Positions 15,201 through 27,200 of a stretch of 64,000 nt of DNA are shown piece after piece. This stretch comes from Ruditapes philippinarum (taxonomy: Eukaryota), in the NCBI RefSeq assembly GCF_026571515.1, contig NW_026853980.1, forward strand, positions 248,001-312,000. The letters are read 5' to 3'. Below the pieces are notes generated by a model that did not search any database, was not told where the DNA came from, and saw only the letters and a program-made list of their open reading frames with translations. Position 1 is the first letter of the stretch, and every line of letters begins with the position of its first letter. The translations under genes and the position numbers were made by a program.

Positions 15201-18200
15201 GTACCATCCCTAGTTATGCATATCGCCCACATGTTCTGCTTGGCTGCACAAAATGGTGGCCAGAGCTATAATAAAAAAACTTGGATAGCTTTAACAGGTC
15301 AAAATGTCGATCGGATTTCAAAAAAAATTCACAGAAGTGATCAGCTCCTTTCCTTGTTGTGCATATCGCCGGCACGTTCTGCTCTGTTGAGTAAAATGGA
15401 CACCAGAGCTATAAATAGGTCAAATTGCTGATGTAACCAATGATATATCTATTTAACACCTATTTGTCGTTATTTAACACCTATTTGTCGTTTTCATTTA
15501 AACATGCCTATAGCCTTTGTGGCTAGATCTTACGTATCAAATTCCAAATCGGTTTAGGTAGCCAATTTTTAGATTGTAATAATATTAGATGTTTAAACCT
15601 CCTATGATATAAAATCAGTTTAAAGGACCTGTTTTTATAATTTTACATCTTGTTTGTCATTCCTCCACTGTTGTTTTAAATTCGCTTAACCTCGTCCAAA
15701 TAGTTTTGCTATTAATTAACCTTTACTGGTTTAGAAGTAAATTATTTTTTATCTTTTATTTCAGATTCAAATCATAACACGGTACGACAATACTTTACTT
15801 AACTGTACTTACTAGCAAACCGTTGACTTTTAAAAGTGTAGATATGAAGTGAAAATATATGTACAAACTAAAATACTCATTCAATTACATGTTTTAATTA
15901 TATGGTGTTATTACATAAATTGCTGTAATGTTTTATCAATATAAAATAATATCCAAACTTTAAATTTATCACAAAAATAATAAAATCGATAATGAATCCG
16001 TACGTCATGTTTTTTTTAATGTTCTTTCACTCTATTTTAGCCTCCGCCACATTTTAGCAAGAGTATTCCTGATGGCTCGACAGTTGTATGTAAACCTAAC
16101 ACAATCTGTCACAATCAGATTATTACAGAGCAACAGCCTGGAGGTCAATGGTATTGTAATATTTTTCTAAATAGTTTAAACCTTGCGGTTCAGTGAAACT
16201 GATATTTATTTGATTATATTTTAAGATTACATTTTCATCAGAAAATTATTTGATATCCATTGACAAAAGCGTTCAATAATTTGTATTTACGTGCTATAGT
16301 TGAATAGTGGCGCAGCTTTGTTTATATGTTTTGTTACTACCTTAAATCAAAGCGCTGTTGTAATTGACTATCCACTCATATATTTTCAATACAACCTTTC
16401 CGTTTATACAACGTTCTATGATGTAATCGCTTATAGACTTGAAAAAAAATCGAAGACCATGTACCCACTTCCATTTTTACACCAATCATAGTTTAATACG
16501 CATTTCTCTATCGCGTCTCTGTTCACCCAGTTGATAAATTCTAATTGTGGTGGTTTGCTTTTTTTCTGTCAATAAAGTTAAGGATGTAACTGTTTCAGAA
16601 ATACAGAATGTTTCAGGTGTTATGAGAGTGTGTGCTTTCTTGCGTCCATGTTTGTGCCTTAAATATAAATATCATTTAAAAGGTATTGCGATATTCTGTT
16701 TATTATAAAATTTACATGTCTTCCAAAGAACATCTTTGAACTGCGTTGTAATCGGAAGTGAATGCTGTTAGTTCGATAGCCTCGGGAGGAACAATTTCTG
16801 AGTATTTCATAAAATTGTATTCGCGAATACTTCGTGAATTCAAAACTCGATCGGCTCTATTATATAATTCCTTCCTGGCCACCGATTGTGTAGTACTTTC
16901 TAGAAAGAATGTGTTCGCCCGCACAATAGGGATCAGTTTAGTTATCAAGGGACCGCTTGTTCGAAGCGTAATTTCTTCGTAAAATCTGGAACATTGAGTC
17001 TAATAGCCACCAAGTCTTGTCTCTTACCAATGATTCAGAAATCAAGTGAGGTTAGAATTTGGTCACTTGCTGTGAAATTTGTAAAAGCTTGTCAGTTATT
17101 CACAAAAGCTGAGATATGACCCAAAAATGTGATTAAATCGGCGTAGAAGTCCAGCAAAACAAAGAAAACACACAGCAAATATTCAAAACATTTCACTTTG
17201 ATACTTTAAAAAATGATAAAAGCTATCTGCTTAGCTTTATTTGAATTTCATAAGATTTTCTGTAATTTAAATATATACAATCAGTTCTCAGGTCAGAGAG
17301 TGTGGAGAAGGAGTGCCGGGTGTACATTTCTTTAAAACTACTCCAGTTGATAATTTGTGCATGACGGATTTAGCTATCAAGACAGAAAATCCAGACAAGC
17401 TTGACTTGTGTACTTCCGCAGGGTAATTATATATTATGGCTTTTTTTCTCTAGGTTCATTTATTCACACATTGTTAAACAAAAATCAAGACTACTTAGAG
17501 GGAAGAAATATAAACAAATAAACCCGCCTGTCCTTCCCGTTGTTATCTGTTACACTGTCCTGCTTTGAGGCTGTCCTGTAGATTGAGACAAAAGTGAACT
17601 GTGAGGCATCCGTGTCAGTTGGATACATAATCAGTTCGTGATCATTTACCTTAATATTCCTCTTTAAAACATTGAATGCCATTATTTGACCCTGTGGCTG
17701 CAATGTCAAGAGTGATTGTACATTTTTTAACGATGCCTTTTATAAATGAATAACTTAAATCTCAATTCCTTTCATTTCAGATCCGGTGGACAACAAAATC
17801 ACATGAAAGTAGAAGTAAAAAATGTATCAAGTAAGCTTAACATATTTAAAATAAGTAGAGTTTAATGTGATTTTGTCAATTAGATATTCTCACAAAATGT
17901 ATTTTATAAGAAATGAATGTTAAACCTTCCTTTTACATTTACAGTGATTATAAAGCTCATAAAATTAATCACATAAACAGTGATTATAATACTCCTAAAA
18001 TAAATTCAATGTTTTCATATACATTAGGTTTTGGGCCATGTCAGAAACTACATTGTTTAAATGGTGGTAGTTGTTTAGCAGTTCATGAATCAGATGCTAT
18101 TTGTAAATGCCTACCTGGATACACTGGCCAAGTTTGTGAGACAGGTACACAAAACATAACTTTTTACACATGTTAAATAAAATCTAACAAAATGCACTGA

Positions 18201-21200
18201 GAATTCATTCCCTCATATTTATGGTTTGATACTCACTGCTGCATTATTAAGTGTTATGGTTAGAAATATGACTTATATTGCAATTGAAAAAGACTTATAT
18301 TTTTGAAAGATATTCTAAATGGAACGAAAACATAAAAACGTGTTGTTGAGTTATTTCTCTTTACACATTTTTAAAGAGAATGTATATATAATATAATTCT
18401 TATTAAAAGGGATAAACTTGTTCAATGTCTCTTTAATCGTGCATATGTAATAGTTTTTTAAATGATTAACTTACACATTTGTACATGATAGTGTTATTAT
18501 AACTTTCATAAGGCACTTATGTACATAAATGTCAGCATGAACTGCCTTTCTGTGTGGTTGGATTCGATATTGCTAGGTTACCTTCTTTGTTTCATCTTAA
18601 CTGATTTTAAGATTCTTGAAATAATACATTCATGTTTTATGCAAATTAAGCTATTTTTCTACTTTTGTAAAGAGAAAATAAAAACATAATTTAATTTTCT
18701 TTGCAAAGATATAGATGAATGTTTATCTACACCTTGCCAAAATGGAGGAACTTGTTTAGATAAGCTGAACGAGTATCAATGTAATTGTATGCCTGGTTAC
18801 ACTGGAGCTGACTGTGAAACAGGTAATTAATGATATATCTGAGTTCTGTCGATAATGCTGATCGCCTTATTATAGAGAGTTAAGCTAGTGTACACTTTAA
18901 TTGTGTTTAAATTGATTTTTGGGATGCTTAATTGTGGTATTTAAGTTAGATAGTTTGTTGAAAAAAACCATTGGACTGCGGCAAACAGTTTGACAAATTT
19001 CCAAAGAAAACTTTAACCATTTTTGTTGGCATGTTTCGAAAACATACGTTATTTTTGTTATCTTATGGTTTTATGTCATAAGATTTGGCATTACATAATA
19101 AGTTTTGATCTTGAAACCGACTATCTTTCTGTCCTACCTTATCATATACTATTAACAAATATGTACGAAGAGTTTTTGTGTTGGTATCCTTAATGTTACC
19201 TTATTCTTAATAAAATTATAATCAACTTGTTGTTCAGATACCCATAATGCATATCTCTTTTAATGGATGCCTAAGTCAGTTCAGTTGTAAAAAAATATTT
19301 TTTCAAGCTAAATAATTTCAGTCTGCTGATGCTTTAATCAATGAAATAATAGTTCTTTGAAGTTGAAATTATAATTTTGTTAGTCATTAAAAGACACATA
19401 TATATGTATAAAATGTACGCATCAGTTTGATTATATATTCTTTCAGACATAAACGAGTGTGCATCTAATCCTTGCATCAATGGAGCAACCTGTTTAGATA
19501 AAGTAAACGGGTACTTTTGCAACTGTACTCCTGGTTTCTCAGGGACAAATTGTGAAACAGGTAATTTAATATCTATATAAAACGCTGCTTAATAAAACAT
19601 TTGCATTCCATTGTAAATTTAAATGCATAAATTTTTGACCCGCAAAAACAAATACTGTTTATTGCTGATATTAGGCAGTGGGCCTTTTTGGTGTAATTTT
19701 TGCAAAAAATGGACAAATAATTAAGATATTTTTTTTACATTTGTTCAGAGATAATAAAATCATAATTTAATTTTCTTTGCAAAGATATAGATGAATGTTT
19801 ATCTACACCTTGCCAAAATGGAGGAACTTGTTTAAATAAGCTGAACGAATATCAATGTAACTGTATGCCTGGTTATACTGGAGAAAACTGTGAAACAGGT
19901 ATTTATTGATATATCTGAGTTCTGTCGGTAATGCTGATCTCCCTATTATAGAGAGTTAAGCTAGTGTACACTTTAATTGTGTTTAAAATCTCTTTTGGGA
20001 TGCTTTATTGTGGTATTTAAGTAAGATAGTTTGTTGGAAAAAAAACATTGGACTGCGGCAAACAGTTTGACAATTTTCCAAAGAAAACATAAACCATTAT
20101 TATTGGAATGCTTCAAAAACATTCGTTATTTTTGTTATCTTGTGGTTTTAGGTCACAAGATTTAGCATTACATAATGAAGTTCTGATCTTGAAACCGACT
20201 ATCTTTCTGACCTACCTAATCATATACTATTAACAAATATGTGCTAAGAGTTACTGTTTTGGTATCCTTAATGTTACCCTATTCCTAACAAAATAATAAT
20301 CAATTTATTGTTTAGATAACCATAGTGCATATCTGTTTTAATGCAAGCCAAAGTCAGTTCAGTTGTAAAAAAAATCAAGCTAAATAATTCACTCTGCTAA
20401 TGCTTAGATCATTGAGTTATAGTTCTTTGAAGATGAAATTATAATTTTAATATTCGTAACAAGACTAATATGTGTATAAAATGTACGCATAAATTTGATT
20501 ACATATTCTTTCAGACATAGACGAGTGTGCATCTAATCCTTGCGTCAATGGAGCAACATGTTTAGATAAAGTAAACGCGTATTTTTGCAACTGTATCCCT
20601 GGTTTCTCGGGGACAAATTGTGAAACAGGTAATTTCATTTCTGTATAAAACGTTGCTTAATTAAACATTAATGTTGCATTTCGATCCTAAATGTTACTGC
20701 ATATCTTTGTGTCACGCCAAAACAAATACTGTTTACTGCTGTTATTAAGCATTAGGCCCTTTTATGGTGTAATTTTTTGCAAAAATGGACAAATTATATT
20801 TTTTAATAAATTTAAAGTGTTTTCTATTTTCATCCTTTAGTCTTTTTTATAATTTACATATACTTACAGATGTAAACGAGTGCACATCTAACCCTTGTAA
20901 AAATGGAGCAACTTGTGTAGATAGAGTGAATAGTTATCAATGTCAGTGTAGCCCTGGTTACAATGGGACAAACTGTAATGGTAAGTTATCTTATCTGTTG
21001 AAGTGTAATCATATACGATCTACCTTAACCTCCAGTTCTAACACTTTGCGCCTGCAAGGACTGTATAAAAAGTATGCACTGTATGACCTCAACAACAAAA
21101 CCAACCACGCAAAAACAAACGACATTGAGAACATAAACAAAAACAAACAGCACAAATCAACTGCAAACGACTTTGACCTCATCAACAAAACCAACAACAC

Positions 21201-24200
21201 AAAAGCACACGACATTGACCTTATCAACAATACCAACTTCACAAAAGCAAATGAAATTGATATCAACAACGAAACAAAATACACAAAAGTACACGGCATT
21301 AACGACAAACGGTAAGTCAACAGTTCACACCAAACAGATGACATTGACTTGTATGACAACATCGGCATAATTGTCGAAGGCGACAAACTTATCTAAAGCA
21401 GCAAAACCCTCGGAAACCAGCAGCAAAGTTAATGCAAAGTATCCGATTTTTAAGTAATGTTTTGTTTTAGATATAAAGCTTCAACATAGCCCTTGTTTCT
21501 TGCTGTAAAGAAGCTGTAGGCAATAAACCTGCTATCCTTTAGTTTTTAGAATACAAAACTTCTGCTCGATCATTCAGTCTAATAACTGATCACCGTTTTG
21601 AATTAAATATACTGTTTGTCCTTTACAGCTTGCATGTGTAAACATGGTAAATGTGCTCCAAATGGATGTATTTGTTATGAAGGATGGTCCGGAAATGATT
21701 GTGACAAAGGTAACTAACTTGGTAGACCTTTGTATGTCTTTTGTTTCTGATAGACTAGTTAAATATGAGGTAAACTATGATTAAGTAGGTTTGAATATAT
21801 TACTCCAAATAGTATGTATAATATTTACAAACAGGTATTTAATCAAACAGCTTTTAAATTGATTGACAAGGATGAAAACAAAATTCTTATTCTTTTCTAA
21901 AATATTATCTGTGCTGTGCGACTGGTGAGCTTTAATTTAAAACATTTAGGTATAGTAGCTATAATAGTAGGGAAAAATATAGGAAAATAAAATAATGGTA
22001 TATGACTTTTCCTGTTGAATTTTTCAGTTGGTGGTTCAAGAACTCATAGTGGAATAAAGACCGATACTGATAGGGTGTGTATTTTATCCAGCAGTTAGCT
22101 GCAGTCATTTTGTTAGGTTTAAATATATCACTATTAACATTGTATACAGATTAAAACAAACATTAGATTAGTAAAAAGGCATACTATTTATATCAAAAAT
22201 CTTAATGTATAAAGATCTGTTTTCTTTTACTAGTCTCCACCGGCGTTTACAGAGTATGTTATTCCACAAATAATACCCTGCACGATAAACAAATCTTGCA
22301 AGATAATGCTTCCTGTAGACGGAAAACCGCGGTAAAGATTTTGTTGATCATTACTGCCAATTTTTGTCTTAAATAAAATATTTTTTATCATAATGATCAT
22401 TATTAAATTTGAACATAATTATTAACTTTATAAGTGCTTTTTATTTGATCTGAACTATTATAGACGTAAGTTTTCATCTGTATTCTAGTAAAGGTCTTTG
22501 TACGACACGGCAAAACGGCGATATTCCGATGACAAGTTGCATGGGATCATGTCGCTTCTTATTGTTGCACTACCGGTTGTTAAATATTTAAAATGGAAGT
22601 TTTTAGAGTAATTTATTATATATTAATCCATGATTTTGAATATTATTTTACAGCCATAAACCAGTTGTAGAACATGGAGATACAGATCCTGGTCTTAACA
22701 CTCTCCCAATTACAGTAAATCCTAATCATGCTGTTCCATGTGATTCAACCATGGCAAAATGTGCATATGAGGCAATTATAACAGTGATACCTACTGAGAT
22801 AAAGTTATATAAATATTGCGTTCAAACAAAGGACTACAAAAGGTTTGGATCAGCAAAATTGTTAACAAAAAAGCACAATTTGCTTCAACACGCGTTTGTT
22901 CATTAAGTTCTTTTAGTTTCAAATTGAAAATTTGAAAATTATCAAAAATAAGTGTTTTAGATATTGATATGAAAACTTTCAAAATGTTTTGACTTTCAAT
23001 TGCTATGTGGTTTTATCTTTGGTTAAGAATGGGGTTATGTAATTGATAATTAGACATATACAAATACAAATATGACATAACTAGTTCAGATGTGTCGATT
23101 AAGTCTTTTTTTAAATAGAAAACATGTACTTGTGCTGAACATATATAACAAATGTTCCATTAAAACTTTTAAAATGCTTTCAAAGATTTAAACTTGATAT
23201 GGGAACATGATGTGTAGGGCACTTTTTTTGAATAACAGTGATACACATACACTATTTTTAATGTATTTGTTCCCAAGTAATGATGATTTTATAATATTTT
23301 GTTGTTTCGTAAATATAAAAATGAGTAAAAATGTCTACATTTATAAATACTTATACAATTAAAAAATTGACATCATTTTTTATGACTTTTTATTTGTTTA
23401 TTTATTTGTTTATTTATTTATTTATTTATTTATTTATTTTCAGCGTTCTTGCGGATGAGTTGTGTTATAAGATTCAAGGAGGTTTGTAAACAAATTTTTG
23501 CTTTTATTGTTTACTTTAACAAGTTTTTTAAAAGGTGTTATTTTTTTAATTCTGTTCAAAACGACATTATTGTGAGTTCAAGATTGAGAGGGAGATATTT
23601 ATTAATTATTAATTCTTTGCAAGTATATGTAGCCGATGCTAATTTAATAAACTAGCTAGCATTTAAAATAAATGAAAAATATTGATATCAAGGCGAAAGT
23701 ATTTGTAAGGAACAGGGATTACACAAGTCCGGGAAAACAAAAATTCTTGATAATGAAATATTTATTTTACTTTTCAGTTAAAGACGAGACAAGTCCAGTA
23801 AGTGCCGTTGTCTAATCTGTCAAAAGCAATTGAAATTTAGTATGTCAGTACTCGTTTTCTTTCAAAAGCACTGTACTTAATATTTTAAGTTAACTAGCAC
23901 ATGTACTATATTGATATTGAATAATATTGTCTGAAGCAATGAAATTTTTTTCTAAAAATATATGTCAGCATATGACTTACATGCGTATGTATTTTGACCC
24001 AATTTTTTCCTAGATCGGGAGAGTAATGTCCTCTGATTAAGCTAACATAGACTTTGTATACTGTATAACTGCAAATGTTTAACTGCGATAGGCATGAAAT
24101 TTTAAAAGAATACTTTGCATTATGTGAACTAACGCACTAGGTCTGTTGATGCAAATCTAATTGATGCTGGGAGAAATAGTTCCCCTGTTTTAGAAAATTA

Positions 24201-27200
24201 CACAATATTTGGATGTAAAAAGTATAAAATGGGGGCTCCCGTGCCCTATAAACCAACTCTACTTTCTAATTGTGTCGCCTTGAAAACATCGACAAATAGA
24301 ATTCCTTTTGTCGTCGTCGGAAGAGTCGGCGACAGCGCCCCTAGGCTTTTCTGGAGCATTTCTCAGTGAGTATATGTCGGATTGACTCCAAACTTGGTAT
24401 ACATGCTTCTTTTAATGACCAAAAGTAAAGTGCACAAGAATCGTAACTCTGAACTTCTGATTTTTAAGTTACTTCCCTTTGTAAATTTGTATACTTTTTT
24501 TGTCCGAGCCACTTCTCCTAAACTATAAAAGCCATGGACTTGAAACTTCATAGGATGATATATCTCTTTGAGAAAAGTGCAGTGCACAAAAACAAACTGG
24601 TACTCTGTATTTCATGATTATTTACTTATTGCCCTTTGTTAATTTTGATACTTAATAGGCTAGTCAAGAGCATAGCTTGGTCACTATAAGTTTGGTTGAC
24701 TCAAATTTTGTATGCATTCATTGACCTGAAGTGCAGTACACAAGAATCCAGAGTCCTCCATTTGATATGTCAGTGTACACCTTTTCTATGGTATTTTTAT
24801 TTTTGGTAATAGAACAGTTTATTAACCCTGACGTAACATTGCTACAATCAAATCAAATGTCACTAAAGTTAAAGGTGCATATACATTTGCAAGAGCAGTG
24901 TTTATAAATAACCTATATTTAAGAAGAAAATGCCTAACTGGCAGCTATACTGTGACAAGGCGACACATCAGACTCGCAGAGTTCTAGTTTTGATTCATTC
25001 CAAACTAACTAATTTTTGTTCCTATTCTATCATTTCTAGGCTGGAATATTTAGCTATCCTCCAACGTTGCCAGAAAATTCGACGATGAGTTGTCCGTATG
25101 ACCAAGCTTGTCACTATCAACTTGCAATCAAAACACCGGGTAAACCTTGGTAAGTCATGAACAGCCTTGAATTGAATTATCAGTTATATTTTATTTTGTC
25201 TGTACGAGGTGTGTTCAAAAAGTCCAAAGACAATCCCGTCCTTTAACATTTAACTGTAGTAAGTACAACAATGTTTTTAATTACATGTTTTAAGTAATGA
25301 GTAGATGTTATCTTTAAATTCAATCAAAGAATGCAATTGTATGAAAATTTCTGACTTTATGAATGATAGGTTCGGGCGCAACCCGGAAATGAAGTTTATT
25401 ATATAGTATTTATATTACACCAGACCTGGCACTGTCAGGAAAACATTAATATGTATAGAAATATTATATACATTACGAACGGTAATCATTGATTTAATAG
25501 ACCAATTTGTTTTCAATATACATATTTTGTATTACATCATTATGTCTCAGGATGATGTCAGAAACTTTATACTCTTTTTAATTTTTTATTACATATCATT
25601 ACGTAATAAATCAAGTATGATACTATTGTAACAGAAAATGATCCATCTGACAATACAAATAACACGTACGATACGTGCAATTCAATAAAGAGAAAGATAT
25701 TGTTATATTCACTTTAATTTCAGCGATAAAGATTTGAATGTCCAACCATCAAGTTCTTCTGTGCATGTGTTCTCATCAAATAAAACGAATGGCAGCATAT
25801 GTCATTATGATGTTGTTTATGTGCCATCTAAAGATAAATCAGGGAAACAAAACTTATGTGTTTCGTAAGTATTTTATTTAAACCTGTATAATCATACTTT
25901 CATACAACTATAAGATGTATGAAATCTTTAAAACTTTAATAAAATAGAGAAAATATGAGTCCCATAAGAAAGTCCAACACGGCAAAATTGAAAATGTTGC
26001 AGGCTCGGTTTGATTGAGTCTGTTCATGGACGGTAATGTCAAGTGCAAACTACCGTCTACGCCCCTTAGCACCTACTTAAGCAGAATTTTAACATGAACT
26101 GGTACAATTTTGAATTTAGAAACATCCGCAGATGTATTCATATGGCGGTTATCATGGTTACATTAAAAAAAGATAATGAGATTACGTATGTAATAGTGGT
26201 AGTAATTTATACAAAACTGACATACAAACCTTTTTTTTCGTTATGCTTAAATTTCTACATGAATGTAATACCGGTATTCTAAAAATATCACATCAGTTTG
26301 CAATGCAAGACAAAGCATACTTTAAGAAAATAACGCAGGAATAATATACAAAGTAACGCCGACTTGTGTACATTTATGGCTATAACGTTTGTAACACTTT
26401 CAGTAAACGGACTAGTATTTTTTATCATAAATCAATAAATTATTGCTGCTATAGTCTCATTTCATATATTTCCGGGAGAGAGATCATTCGTGAGAATGAC
26501 ACCCTTGCTGCCTTTAGAAGGCGATATTTGTGTTTCCATCAATTAGTACCATAACCTAAACGATGTATAATATGTTACTGTTTTAGATTTTCGGTGTAAC
26601 TGAGACAGTTGTCGAAGTACGAGCCTCATATTATAATAAAAGGAAGCAGATGTTATTGTGAATTGTTATTACATTTACGAAATGGCAAGAATTATATCGT
26701 TGCTTCTTCCACCAAATTGGCCTTCAATATAAATTGTCTTTATCAGATTTTTGTCACTCCTTTTAGTATTAGATGACCCTCATAGTTCGTAAGACGCCCA
26801 TAAGTCGCCTATAATACGCTTGCGAGGTTGTCATTCGCTCGAATGATCTCGAAAAGCAAAGCATTTAGGGTAAGCTGTTGGGAGGGTTTATGTCTTATGT
26901 ACAGCCTCAGTCAAACCGAGTCTGCAATTTTTATGTTATATTCTTGTTTTGGGGTTCTTATTTTAGCTTCCGAGGATCACATTTTTGTAATGTTCATGCT
27001 TGACAACAGCAGGTGTCAATTGCCGTGTGGAAATTGTAGAAAATTTAGACCGTAATTTACTTTAGTATTGTAATATTTTTCTGGTCTTTCGTTAGTATTG
27101 AAGATTGAATTTCGCACAAGCCGTTGCTATGTTCACGAGAGATGTTGCACGTTTACAGTATATCCCATGGGCAGACACGATCAAACCGAGTCTGCACTTT

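Noticed and set aside
16712-17170. 78-aa minus-strand ORF and adjacent SINE-like tail
   Set aside because: No recognisable motif or splice context; probably decayed repeat sequence.
18028-21709. Notch, fibropellin or Crumbs orthologue
   Set aside because: Only the cbEGF exons match. There are no LNR, ankyrin, CUB, avidin or laminin-G domains in the window and the tail is unrelated, so no gene symbol was assigned.
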